Shown: in pieces, positions 11,971-25,069 of the stretch
How the letters are laid out: each line of letters starts with the position of its first letter
Position numbering within the stretch: position 1 is the first letter of the stretch
Source: Octopus vulgaris
Lineage: Eukaryota
DNA: 64,000 bases
NCBI GenBank assembly: GCA_951406725.2
Contig: OX597817.1
Span: forward strand, 84,010,001 to 84,074,000
Direction of reading: 5' to 3'
Notes under the pieces: model-generated
Told to the model about the DNA's origin: nothing
Seen by the model: the letters and a program-made list of their open reading frames with translations, nothing else
The model's database searches: none
Program-made: the position numbers and the translations under genes

Positions 11971-13531
11971 TATAAATATTTAGTCAAATTTATAACTGTA
12001 TGATTGCCTAATTTGATTTTATATCTTAATTCTTATCTTTTGTCTCGGTTTCGACCTGAACACTTATTAAGTAGTTCTATATTTTTTATTAGAACAATTT
12101 TATATATATAAACATACACATGTAATCGATCTGTTGTAAGGAGAATGCAATAGATATTACGTGGTTAACAAGTTAGTTGAAGGATGTGATATAGAAGAAG
12201 AGAGAATAGGATGTCTAGCAAATGGGCGATGTTCTGGTGGTGAGGTTAAAGAAAGTTAAATACAGAGAGAGAGAAAAGTGAGAGAGAGAGAGAGAGAGAG
12301 AGGAGAAAGAGTAGTGACATTATTGCTAGCCGATGCAGTGACAGGCTTGTCATGTGGTTCGCAGAAGTGAGAGGTGAAGATAAAGAGAGAGAAATGATAT
12401 GACATGGTTTGAAAAAGTTTGTCAAAATGAGAGGCAGATAGAAAAAAAGAGAGAGAGATGAAGAGTTTAGCTGTAGGAAATATTAGACATTATATATTAT
12501 TGCGACTGACAAGAAAATTACATTTTGATATTCAATTTTCATATCTTCTATCTGTCAGTCTATCTATCCTCATGGACAAATACATCGATGAAAGTGAAAT
12601 AACTTAACAAAATAGCCGTAGATGTTATTATTCTCTTTTAAAATTGTTATTCGAACTTTGTAGATATAAACAACAAATGAACTGAACAGAAATGAAATAA
12701 TCTTGGTTCACAAACAACTTAAACTGATATTTGTTACTGAAAGCAATAAAGGTGGTGGTGGTGGTGGTGGTGGTGGTGGTGGTGGTGGTGAAAGAATAGC
12801 AAAATCATGCACCTTTAATTACATCCTTATCCAGAAGAACTGAAAGGTGTTTTAAATGAAAATAATGCAGAATATACAAATTATAAAGAACACTAATTTT
12901 TATGGCTCTACATAAATTTTATAGCTATCTAAAAATTTTGGAATTCATCGTAGAATTTTCACCGGTACAGCAAGTAAAAAAAAAATGAATAAACAGAACA
13001 AGTAAGAAAAATTTAAGGTTCACTGTCAGTTACGAAATCTATACACTTAATACTCTATTTTAATACATGGGTATAAACTTTTAAATTAATAAATCCAAGA
13101 ATTTAGAAATCTATGCGATTCGAATAACGAAACATGTAGGTATCAGTCAATTTATTACAAAGAACCATTAAACTGAAGGTCAGAATCTGCCTAAAAGAGA
13201 AAAACAGAATTATGATACCTAGATAGTGGTAAATGACGTTATCGTAGTGGCTATAGTAACAGAAGCCACACAGCATTATTTAGAATAAATTAAATAAATA
13301 GATATTGTACCGGTTCAAAAAAGTATTCAACATCATTAGTTACTTAGAGTTTATAGGATTAACAAGGAATGCAAAAGAGTTTATAAGATCTATAATTGTT
13401 ACAAAAGTCGTACAGATAACCAGTGTGAAGAGAGCTTATATGTACCTACTGTCTATACACACAAACACACATACACACACACATATATATACATATACAT
13501 ACATACATACATACATACATACATACATACG

Positions 13532-13602
<71 letters not shown>

Positions 13603-13607
<5 letters not shown>

Positions 13608-13795
13608 TAATCCAAGCATGAAAACACAAAGAGAACACACAACAACGCGAGGACGTGGAACAAATATAGTATTACTGGACGCTCAGGAAGGAAGGGAAGA
13701 AGGAGGGTTTTACGTTTCGAGCGGAGCTCTTCGTCAGAAACATAGGAAAAGGAAAGATCCAGAGAAGGGAAGACGGAGGAAAAAAAATCGCCACA
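13603..13795 (-). mobile_element. Solo pLTR-like HHR cassette in (TA)n
   Basis: Similar to 15653-15800; tail-only copy at 37050-37110. Confidence 0.75.
13707..13741 (-). ncRNA. Minimal type-I hammerhead ribozyme motif
   Basis: GTTT-CTGACGA-A-GAGC-TCC-GCTC-GAAA-CG-TA-AAAC. Confidence 0.85.
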
Positions 13796-13813
13796 TTTTG
13801 AATATATATATAT

Positions 13814-14440
13814 TCTAATTTAGAGGTAGTAGGCCCCTACATCTCACCATATAAAAAGAATTTTTATTTTTATTTTAAATACCTACTGTTTTATTTTTAT
13901 TTGTATATATTTTTCTTGCCATTACTTTCATTTTTATTCACATTTTTTATATTTTTTTAATATATTTTTTAATATTTTTTATAAATTATTAACATAGTTT
14001 TTGTAAATTTAATTTTATTTGGGGCACTATATATTACTAACGTAGTTTTTGTAAATTTTCGTATATTTTTGTATTCCTTACTTTATTTGTGTAACTTTTA
14101 TTTTTGTAACATTTTATTTGAATTTTTATTTGAATTATGGCTTGTACTGTAGGGTCCAGCAAACCTAATTTAAACATACCTATTTTACACATACTTAAGG
14201 GCTTTAAAAAATTAAAATATAGTTTATTGTATTGAACGTTGATAAAGAGATATAAGGGCTTGATGATTGGGGTTCCATTTTAAGAAGGGTTCCAGGAAAA
14301 CACGGAGTGGTTTAGGAACCCGAGGATGTACCTCATGAAACACGTGTTACCAAGTAATAAAACAGTAGGTATTTAAAATTAAAATAAAAATTCTTTTTAT
14401 ATGGTGAGATGTAGGGGCCTACTATCTCTAAATTAAAATA
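13814..14440. repeat. Inverted-repeat pLTR module
   Basis: Arms ~13814-13890 and ~14357-14435 (GTAGGCCCCTACATCTCACCATATAAAAAG and its reverse complement). Confidence 0.85.
14256..14351 (+). ncRNA. Hammerhead motif with extended stem II (C3U variant)
   Basis: TTGATGA-T-TGGGGT...GGGTTCC/GGAACCC...ACCTCA-T-GAAA-CACGTG-TT. Confidence 0.55.
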
Positions 14441-14500
14441 TATTTCTTCATTGAGAATAATTTGAACCTCTGTTATGCCGGAATTTTTATTCCCTTAAAA

Positions 14501-14545
<45 letters not shown>

Positions 14546-14577
14546 CATTCTGATTGAACTAGTACTTAAGTAATTGA

Positions 14578-14661
<84 letters not shown>

Positions 14662-14689
14662 TACGGGTGTGTGTGATTGTGTATAAAAG

Positions 14690-15134
14690 AATATATTAAT
14701 AAAAGGAATTCCAACCTTGTCTAATTTTCACGTTTTATTTACAATCTTATAATGATATAAGATAATATAATATAATAAAATAAAATAAAATAATAGAATG
14801 TTAAATGTTCATTTTGATTGAACTAGTACTTTCATGCATTAAATTCTGCAATCTTCAGGTTCATGTAGTAGTGGTGATAGTCATGCTTCACAATTTTTGA
14901 CTGTAGCGTGATGATTGAATCTGTGCCTTAAATACAGATGTGTAGGCTCCAGATTGCTTTGCAAACTGTATTCTGATCAATCAGTGTATAGTATCACTCA
15001 ATTACTTAAGTACTAGTTCAATCAGAATGAACATTTAACATTCTATTATTTTATTTTATTTAATTATATTATATTATATCATTATAAGATTGTAAATAAA
15101 ACGTGAAAATCAGACAAGGTTGGAATTTCTTTTA

Positions 15135-15140
<6 letters not shown>
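14690..15140. repeat. Inverted-repeat pLTR module between microsatellites
   Basis: Arms ~14690-14832 and ~15008-15140 are reverse complements. Confidence 0.85.
14819..14863 (-). ncRNA. Type-I hammerhead ribozyme motif
   Basis: TGAAC-CTGAAGA-T-TGCA..TGCA-T-GAAA-GTAC-TA-GTTCA: perfect 5-bp stem I, AGUACU palindrome. Confidence 0.85.
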
Positions 15141-15173
<33 letters not shown>

Positions 15174-15189
15174 GGGGAAGGTCGGTTTA

Positions 15190-15252
15190 TGGGATTACCT
15201 TAGGTTTCCCGTCTATAAAGGGTTTTGTTCTATGGCGTATCGTCAGGTCCCA
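15190..15252 (-). ncRNA. Hammerhead motif in a ~145-bp island between (TA)n tracts
   Basis: TGGGAC-CTGACGA-...-GAAA-CCTAAGG-TA-ATCCCA. Confidence 0.7.
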
Positions 15253-15313
15253 AAGACCTGTTGGCTCATGATGTTTTAGTGTGTATTTCTTTCGGATTTA
15301 TGTTTTATACAAA

Positions 15314-15359
<46 letters not shown>

Positions 15360-15446
15360 TTCCCTGTGTGTCTGCTAATACTTTGCATGTACCTCATCCT
15401 CGCGATGTTGTTTTTTTCTTGTGTTTGTTCTTCATTTTTTTTTTTT

Positions 15447-15494
<48 letters not shown>

Positions 15495-15602
15495 GAATAA
15501 GAAATAGAAAGCCCTTGGTGCATAATTATATATTTGGGGAAATGAATAGAAATGGCTTTTCTATGGAAAAATTATCAGAAAAGCCATTTCTATTTCTTCT
15601 TT

Positions 15603-15650
<48 letters not shown>

Positions 15651-15749
15651 GATAATCCAAACAAGAAAGCACAAAAAAACACACAACAACGTGAGGACGT
15701 GGAACAAATATAGTATTACTGGACGCTCATGAAAGAAGGAAAGGAGGAG

Positions 15750-15785
15750 GCTTTAACGTTTCGAGCGGAGCTCTTCGTCGGAAAC
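15750..15785 (-). ncRNA. Hammerhead motif (mutated copy of the 13707 family) within cassette 15653-15800
   Basis: GTTT-CCGACGA-A-GAGC-TCC-GCTC-GAAA-CG-TT-AAAG. Confidence 0.65.
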
Positions 15786-16266
15786 ATAGGAAAAGGAAAC
15801 AAAGTGAGAAGTGACGTGTGAATTGGTATTCTACAGAAATTAAAGGAATTCTTGAATGTATAAACACTGTGAAAACAGCTTTGATGCGTCTGTGTGTGTG
15901 GGGGGGGTGAGACCATGCATTACATTCGTCAGATGAAGTAAAAAAAAGACAGGAAAAATATTTTATTCTCTATATCCAGCATTGTGAAGGCATTGATGCA
16001 CGTTAATGGCTGAAATATTAAGCACAGTACACACTGTGTAATTTCTTTGCAAACAACATTGTCAAGTCTTCCAAGATTTCAATCCACATTAAAAATAGAA
16101 TAGCTCACGGGAACAATCTTTTATATTATTATATGAATAAATATTTCGCTGTCATATGAAAGAAAATACTTTTCGTGTAAAACGCGATTAGCCGGAATAT
16201 CTAATAAAAGTGCAAGGAGAAGGAGGTTTGGAACAATATAATTCAATGATATGTAAATACGAAGAG

Positions 16267-16309
<43 letters not shown>

Positions 16310-16313
<4 letters not shown>

Positions 16314-16625
16314 AATAGAAACGCAACAGAGGACAATAAACATTTGGGCAGATAGACGATACAAAGGCGGATAGGAAAAACAACAATTAGAAGGACAGGG
16401 AAAAAGGACGTGTCGTTTGTGGCCTTCTTTCTTCAGTCGAGTTACCAGATTTCCTTACAGTTTCGGGTTGTTACATTTGGGACTGTTCGATCTGGTTGCC
16501 CCCCAAAAAGTCAAAGCTAAAAGCTTTAGATTTTTTGGAAGAGAAAAAACGGAGAACGTGGTATACAATTACAAATACAAACAACAAGAATATAACAATA
16601 GGGGTCTTTCGACTGAGGACGAATC
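16310..16625 (-). repeat. (TA)n-associated dispersed repeat, family of 4228/6580
   Basis: Colinear similarity to 4240-4550; follows (TA)n. Confidence 0.6.
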
Positions 16626-17089
16626 AAATTGAGTGAAAGCCTAAAGGCAGGAACACAGGAGATGGAAGATGGACATAAGAGATGTTGGCGGTCAGCAGTC
16701 AGGCCAAGAAAGAAAGATGATGGCTGCTCGGACACCGGTCACGTGGAAGGAGGAGAGAGGGTACAAGGGCAGTGGGATTGAAGGATTAGAAAAAATCAAA
16801 GACACAAAGGGAAAGGTATAGGGGAGATAAACGAGGAGGAAAATGGAAGTTAAAGAAAGAGAGGGCCAAGAAATGTGAGAGAGAAAGGGATACATACACA
16901 CACACACATATGACATTATTGTTATTGAGAGAAAGTTTTACCGGTATAAAGTTAAATATAAGATAAATGCATAAAAGTGTATAAAGAGAAATTGTAATAT
17001 ACTTATATACTGAGTTATATTTCCACCCGTTTATTTTGCCAAACTGAAAGAAAATAGCTAGGTAGATAGATAGATAACCACACACACAT

Positions 17090-17154
<65 letters not shown>

Positions 17155-17199
17155 TGTATATATATACATACGTATATATATATATATATATATACATAC

Positions 17200-17232
<33 letters not shown>

Positions 17233-17794
17233 CACATACATACGTACATTTGTATGTATGCATATATATATGTGTATATATAAGAGGAAAAAGATTTCAC
17301 AGGAGGACGACAAAGGAACCTACAAAAAAATCACATTCAAAACTATAACAAAAATCATTTCAATTTTGCGCCATCATCGATAAGATTGTTCATTTTCGTA
17401 GCATCAACAGCAAAAAGTTGCTTGAATAAGTGAGCGAACATAAACGATAAATGCTAATAGAATGGGAACAAGTCAATGGAAAACGTCACAGGTAGTTGGT
17501 ACATACATGCATATAAGGCCTTTCAGCTATGAGGCGACATTAAGACAGGACATGTGTAAAAGTAACGCTAATGGAAAATGATGTGCTATAAAACTTGGAA
17601 AGGAACGTAGAGAGACAGAAAGATTAAAAAAATTGGTTGAAAGATGGTGATTGAAAGATCGAACAAAAGGTGAAAAAATAAGACGAATCCAGCCGTGAAA
17701 GTAGAAGCTAAAGCACGCGCCTAAAAGAGCATGATTGAACAAGTCAGCGGCCGAGCAAGAAAGCAGAAATAAGATGGTCACCTGGTACCGAAAA

Positions 17795-17833
<39 letters not shown>

Positions 17834-17986
17834 GGTGGTGAAGGGTAAGGGGAAAGGCAGAGTGTGGGAGAAGTAACGGTCCTAAAAAGCAAAAAAAAAC
17901 AGAGGCAAAGTAAAGAGAGAAAGAAAGAAATGCGTATATATACATGCATACATACATACATGTGTGTGTGCGTGTGTGTGTGTGTG

Positions 17987-18061
<75 letters not shown>

Positions 18062-18289
18062 GTTATGATAAAAACTACAGGTCTTGTTAAATACAGCTAC
18101 CCCGGGTTTCCTGGTCGAGACATTAATTTACTTCGCCATTTTTAAAGCTGAGAACAAGACAGTTTGTCAGTTGCTTTTTTAAAGCAGATTGCGTTTAAAC
18201 AAGGGTGCTGATAAGGACGAAGACAAAAGAAAAACATAAGGAAGGTAACCGACTTTACAATAAACAAATGTCAAACACGCATAAAAAAG

Positions 18290-20100
18290 TTATTAATGGT
18301 TTACTCTGTTTCTGGTGACCTATTTTTAAATTCCGCTATGAATTTATGTAGTCGTTGGAGATTCTCAAGTTCTTTAAGGTATATAGTTTCTGAAGAGAAC
18401 ATTCTGAACATATTTTGAACCCGTTAATATAGTCTGAGTTTGGAGAAGATTTTCCATTTGATGTAGCTGCTCCCTTTGTCTTTAAGTTTCCAGTTTAAAG
18501 TTGAAAGGGTCACTGAATATCGCATATCAGGGTACCTAAAATTCGAAATATGGTTGTTATGTCTGGATTTAAGTTTTCTTTCCATGGCTCCGACATAACG
18601 TTTGATTTCTGATCATAGCTTGCTGATACCTTTGCTTCATAAGCAACGGAGGATATATCGCATTTCTACCCTAGAGGACACTTAGAATTGTCTCTACACG
18701 TGCATCAAGGGCAGGCTTGATTCGTCTGTTGCTTATTGACATACGAGGGACGTTCAATAAGTAATGCCCCTGACCCACTTGCAGTTGTTTGATCTAGCTG
18801 AAACTCTGCATGTGCAATTATTTATATCTCTATAGATTAAGTAGCAAATTACAGCTCTGAACTAATTATGGTTTCTGATTTACAGGTGTTTGAACTGAGT
18901 CAAGTGTGAAATGGAGCCTATTGAGTGTCGAGCAGTGATCCGGTTTTTGTATTTGAAAGGACGCACATCACGGGAGACTTTTGATGAAATGAAAGTAACT
19001 TATGGTGATGATGCCCCATCATATGACCTTGTAAAACGCTGGCATCGTGAATTCAAACATGATCGGAACTCTGTGGAAACAGCTCCCAGATCTGGTCGCC
19101 CCCCTTCTGCCATTGATGAGGCATCTGTCCGTTAAGTTGAGGCTGCCATTTTGGAAGATCGACGCATAACTATTCGCCAAATAGCCCATGAGGTCAAGAT
19201 TAGTACCGGGTCTATGGAAACTATCATTCATGACCATTTGCGTATGCAAAAGGTGTCTGCCAGATGGATTCCCAGGCTGCTCAAACCTTTCCAGAAGCAA
19301 GAACGCGTCGAGTGCTCGAGGATGAATTTGGAGATGTGCCAAGAAGACGAGTCAAAATTTTTCAAAAGGCTGATTACACAGGATGAAACCTGGGTCCATC
19401 ACTATGATCCAGAGACCAAAGCCCAGTCAATGCAGTGGATGCACCGTGACTCACCTCCTCCCAAAGAAGGCAAGGGTGCAGTCCTCCGCTGGCAAATTCA
19501 TGCTCACAGTCTTCTGGGACCAGAACGGAGTAGTGATGACAGATTTCCTGGAAAAGGGTACCACAATTTGAGAAGCTATCAAAATCAAGAGGTGGGGCAA
19601 GATCAGCAAAGGCATCCTCCTCCTGCAGGACAACGCTCTGGTCCACAACTTCCCAGCCATGAAGTTGTTTTTGAAAGGAAAGCGTTTCCCAGATGATGCA
19701 GCCTTGATTTCTGAAGTCACGTCGTGGTTGGAGGACCAAACTGGGGTCTTCTACAAAAATGGTCTCCAGAGCTGCATTAAACGATGGGAGAAATGCGTAA
19801 CTCTGGGTGGTTCCTAGGTAGGAAAAGACTAATAACTGTGCCAAGTTTCGTTACTCTACTGCTATGGGAAGTGGGTCAGGAGCATTACTTATTGAACGCC
19901 CCTCGTATGAGTTAACATTAGGGGGCAAAGAAAGGTTATTTTAATCGCGTGGCTGTTAAAGACTTTACTGTATCTATAGGTTTCTACTAAGTGCAAGCAT
20001 CTTCTACATACATTTGTCCAAAAATTAAGGGAGAAAGGCGAACTATAAAACTTTCCGAAATCAACAGACTCATCTTAAGTGTGAAACAGGGTAGGTAAAC
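18290..20100 (-). mobile_element. Decayed Hydra-like PLE (linker plus C-terminal GIY-YIG), split by a mariner
   Basis: Minus strand reads SPFSLNFWTNV..YSKVFNSHAIKIT (19920-20060), then CTCRDNSKCPL, RYVGAMERKLKSRHNNH and TLSTLNWKLK..IKWKI (18450-18705). Confidence 0.75.
18744..19905 (+). mobile_element. Mariner, same family as 10519-11802, with two internal deletions and a stop codon
   Basis: TIRs CGAGGG(A/G)CGTTCAATAAGTAATGC; TA TSD at 18742 and 19906; MEPIECRAVIRFLYLKG ORF; YSPDL region deleted near 19650. Confidence 0.96.
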
Positions 20101-20150
20101 GATGGAGAGAAAGAAATAGTAACTTAGTAAGTACTTACTATTACTTTTAC

Positions 20151-20186
<36 letters not shown>

Positions 20187-20839
20187 ATTAAGTCCATATT
20201 CGACAAACTGCTGTCAAGCAGAGAAAAATACTCGGAATAACAATAATGACAAAAGCGCTACGCCGAAAAGTTTTAAAGTAAATTAAAAAGTGCTGTTTAA
20301 AACATAGATATGGAAAACAATCATGGGAGGACGGTATCTATATGGTAAAAACGGCAAAATGACCTATATGGTAAAAAAAGGCAAAATGACAAGGGTTTGA
20401 CTTCAAAAGACATGCAAACCAGCTGAGAAAAAGATACACCGAGAACAATACTAAAAGAATTGCAGAACCGATGAATTTTATGTACACAATTTTTGAAGTA
20501 CAAATACCAGATAAAATTGACACACTCGTTCTGAGTAGTACTGGGAGGTGGAAAATTTCCAGAGCCTTTAATGGTTGACCCAAAGAGGAAAAAGTATTGA
20601 ACTCCGTTCGGAGGTGATTTTTTTCAAAAGGGGAGATGTGGGGGAGAAATAAAGATAAAATATATAAATAAATAAATAAACGTGTACACCCATACTCTTC
20701 GAGAAGTGTATAGTTTAAAGGGGCAGATGTTGTGGAGTGAACTGATACCGCCGCACGTGACTGTCAGTGGACTGGATGTGTCTTGTAAGCAGATGAGACA
20801 GTAAATAGTTGAGGTCGAACTGTGAGAGCGTTAGACTCT

Positions 20840-20882
<43 letters not shown>

Positions 20883-20899
20883 AGAGAGAGAGAGAGAGA

Positions 20900-21262
20900 G
20901 AACATATACAGAAGGTAGATAAATCGACGACCTCATAAAAGATGTTTGAACGAGCCAAATAGGTGATAGTCGGAAGGAGTGAGACTTAGACTGTATCAAG
21001 AGTGTCCCAACAACTCGAAACCATGGTTTCGACGATGTGAGTGGCTGTATGTGTGCATGCATTGTCATGATTCTGCAGACGAAATCCACCACAATAAGCT
21101 TCACATCAGTAAAGTCTGTAACAGATGAATGTCAAGAGAACTTACCGAAGCAAATAAGCGCAATCGTGCAAAGGTTTGTCAACTCACACTAGACTGCTCC
21201 AACGATGAATATGAAGCGTTTTTGGTGAGAATAGTTACAGTTGAGGTTGGGTTCATGACTAA
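20900..21262 (+). mobile_element. Mariner transposase remnant
   Basis: HNKLHISKVCNR*MSRELTEANKRNR...AFLVRIVT, followed by a WVH-like segment. Confidence 0.65.
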
Positions 21263-21264
21263 TT

Positions 21265-22790
21265 TGCACATGTCATCCTATCATGGATCACTCACCATTT
21301 TGCCAGAACATTATCTCGAGCTTGTTGAATCATCATGTCAGAAGTGGATACCCTACTTCCTCTTTGTGTTTCACACTTAGGAGCACTACCATCTCGTTTC
21401 GCGGGACTGGGAATTCCCGTGTTATGCTGCCTGTTGCAGTAGACACCTACCAATAGGCCCTCAATCGAGTTTGGTATATGATGATAAAGATCGTAGGGCA
21501 AACTATCCAATTTTCGCCGACGTCTGTTGCAGCCCGTTATCATTTTTCGCATTTCATCAGCATTTATTTTCAGAACTTCGTATCCTTATGCGAGAACCGC
21601 AGAAGGCTGTTGAGATAGGTAATAAAGGCCACTTCGTTTCCGGTCCACCGTTCGCCTCAAATAGTGGAGCGAATAACCATCGGAAAGCCGCCCACATCTG
21701 CTTGAAATCTTATACAACGCGCTCTTCCGATCCATCAAAGACCAAATTGTGGCTTTGTTGCCATGTTGTGCCTCTGCTACTTTTAGCCCATCGAACGGTT
21801 TTCGTTATCCTTATGTCTTATAGAACACACCCTAGCTCTGACAACACAACCTCCATGATTTTGGTTGATCAACTGATGAAGGGCCTACCTCGCCACAGCA
21901 CGACAGTCAGAATGCTTTCTCTCTCTAATCTAGAATTCCTTATCAATATTTCTTTCAGCCCCTTTAATCTAATCAGGATTAACCACAATCGGTTATTGAC
22001 GACTGACACCGTCAACGCCTGCCTTACTAATTCGCTAATCTGGTCTCTTGAAGCTTGCCGGCTAGGAGTAACGCGTCCGGCTTTCAGTAACGGAGTCCCT
22101 GCCTAAGAAGCTTATCTAGGTCGACTGCAGAAATCACAATTTTGTGGCTTATGTAACTGATCAGTTTGAACAGTGCACAATCTACAGTATCTCTATCACC
22201 CGGCCAACAACAACTTTTGTCTTGATACAATCTGAAAACTCAATGTTATTTGCTCATGTCCATGTGCACGCAAGCGTTCACGAAATTTAGTCGGTATCTG
22301 TCAGACAGTTGGAAACGTCTGAGCAAGTTTGCGATGTTTTTGCTCTTCCCTCTCCCATTAGCTAGCCTCACACAATCCAAATGTACATCCAAGATGGCGT
22401 TCCAACCTTCCGCTAACACTAAAGAGTAGGAATTTATGAGAAAAACCTTCAGACGTCTGAAAAAATTTGGTTGCCCCGCTCTAATCTGAAGGCAACTTTT
22501 ATTTATTGTTCACATCAGATCCACGAAAATCAACTGTATCCCTGGACCCAGAACTTTTGAAAACAACGCTGCTTTTCCGTTTCCCATTCCAGGTCGGTTC
22601 AGAGATGCATAGATCTCAAAATCCTCAAAAATATCACGTATGTCCCGCTGATGGCTATCACTTTCACAGCTAGTGAGCTGAGGCAATTGAGCAGGCACCA
22701 CTGATAACACGGTGATCCCAGGCCCCGTGCATTTATGCAACTCACTCTTAAAGTGGCTATGTTAGTAGGAGGGAAGGTGCGAATAAAAGA
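21265..22790 (-). mobile_element. Decayed Tx1/L1-like LINE ORF2 (APE endonuclease to RT N-terminus)
   Basis: LRVSCINARGLGS...VIAISGT (APE N-terminus) and LDSLPYDLY...LLVGVY (DG-type RT motif 0). Confidence 0.7.
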
Positions 22791-23074
22791 GTGCCACATG
22801 TCCTAATGGGATTTCAGTAGGCAATCAACTGTCTCAAAGACCCTTCTCTGAGTGAGGGTCCTTGAGGAAACCTTGAAGTAGCCTATCCGAGACTGTAATG
22901 CTAGGATGCCCAACGTCATGCGGGAAATTCCTTTTCCGACATCTATCTAATAGCAACGTTACCAATTTCAGGTCCTCCGGTACTTTTACTGTGCTTTTAT
23001 TGAAAGCCTTTTCCTTTTCTCTGTAAGACATGCCGCTAAGTATTGTGCCTCCACCCAAATAATAATCCTTTCTA

Positions 23075-23275
23075 CTATAGACACAAGGCTAAAAATCTTG
23101 TGGGAAAGAGTAAGTCGATTATATTGACCTCAGTGTTCAACTAATACTTGTTTCATCGATCTTGAAAGTATCAAAGGCGGAATCGACCTCGGCAGATTTT
23201 GAACTCTAAACGTAAAGATGGACAAAATGCCTCTAATTTGTTCGGTGTGCTAAAGACCCTGCCAGCTTGCAACCT
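23075..23275 (-). mobile_element. Meta-type SINE, diverged
   Basis: Reverse-complement similarity to 27907-28120. Confidence 0.7.
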
Positions 23276-23324
23276 TTGATAATAATAATAACAACAGCAG
23301 CAACATCAACATCACCAAGGGGCA

Positions 23325-23672
23325 AACGAGGCTGTGTAAGAAGAAGTTTGCTTCCCAATTACATGGTTCCGAGTTCAGCCCCAATGCATGGCACCTACTA
23401 TTGCTTCGGGATGACCAAACCCTTGAGTGGATTTGATAGATAAAAACTTAAGAAAATGTTAGTGTGTGTGTGTGTGTGGTGTTTGTCTAGCATTACTTGA
23501 CAACCGGTGCTAGTGTGTTTACGTCCCCGTAAGACAGCGGCTCGACGAAAACGATAAAATAAGTAGCAGGCCTAAAAAATAATAAGTACTGGGGCCGCAT
23601 TTTTTCGACTAAAATTCTTCAAGACGATGCAACAGCATGGTCGCAGTCTAATGACTGAAACAAGTAAAAGAT
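23325..23672 (+). mobile_element. CORE-type SINE, diverged, followed by (CAA)n(TAA)n
   Basis: Aligns to 47288-47683. Confidence 0.75.
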
Positions 23673-23673
23673 G

Positions 23674-23752
<79 letters not shown>

Positions 23753-24121
23753 GAATCAGATAAGGAAATGTTTTGATATTATTTTGTCTTTAATCATTAA
23801 GGATTTTTGCTTTATTATAGATAACGTGGTACCTGATTCATGTAGTAACCGGCTCATGTTTACATGATACAACCAAGAGAATAAAAATAGTAAAAGCAAT
23901 TTTTCTGTGTAATGGATTTTTGTGTTGTCAGCATAAAAAAAAAACGTTGCCTTTCAGAAAAAATGGCAATTCCATGTACTTATAAAAGTCTCCTCGCTTA
24001 ACAACATACCTGGCCCTATTTTCGTGTCGCTATCATGAAATCACACTTTTAGTCTAGATGCTTATCTTCCCGATATCGACTTTCATAATAATTTGCTTGT
24101 TATGCATTGAGGTCTGAATTG

Positions 24122-24152
<31 letters not shown>

Positions 24153-24399
24153 TCGTCTAGTTCTTTCCAGCATCTAGAATAATTCGAAATGGAAGAGATA
24201 TGAATTGTCTTTGACATCTGAAAAGAAAAGAAAGTTATATGAGCAAAACAAAATCTAGGTAGTTCCAGACAACTGAAATACAAACTCAAAGTTACAGAAA
24301 ACTCCGGGAATAGCCAACACCTCCATACCTGCCTTAAAGCATGTATAGGCCCTAAATTTCCATACAAATTGATTTTCCTTTTTCGAATCTATATAATGC

Positions 24400-25016
24400 A
24401 GGCGCAGGCGTAGCTGTATGATAAGAAGCTTTCCCAACCATATGATTCCGGGTTCAGTTCCACTGTGTGATACCTTAGTGAGTGTTTTTTTGTATAGCCT
24501 CGGGCCATGTGAGTGAATTTGGTAGCCGGAAACTGAAAGAAGCGCAAAGTAATGGTTATCGCCACTTAAACATGGTTGTTCCATAGGAACCGACGTTACT
24601 ACAATTTTAACCCCATGGTGCAGATTGCATGAAATAAGCAGCTGGTGGAGGCGTCCTCCTGTAGTTAAAATGGTAGTAGCATCACTTCCTACGGAACATC
24701 TATGTTTAAGTGGTGATAACCATTACTTCTCAGTATAGTTGCTGCTTTCATCTCTTATAAAAGTTTTCTACTACCGAGGATGAGTACAAAGAGCTCGAAA
24801 CCGTACGGTCTGGTGGTCTCGTGGCTGGAATATGGTAGGGCTTCACTCCTTTGATTGCAATATATATCGGGTACAGGTTGCAACGGATAACTTACCCAGC
24901 ATTGTTTCAGTGTTTTAGAACACCAAATGGAATGTCTCCCTGCCGTTAAAATGGTAATAACGTCGGTTCCTACGGAACAGCCATATTTAAGTGGCAATAA
25001 CCATTACTTTATATAT

Positions 25017-25069
<53 letters not shown>

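Noticed and set aside
13120-13142. CGAAACATGTAG half-hammerhead
   Set aside because: No upstream CUGANGA or stem I found.
21471-22106. 211-aa + strand ORF
   Set aside because: Antisense to a decayed LINE; no recognisable motifs.
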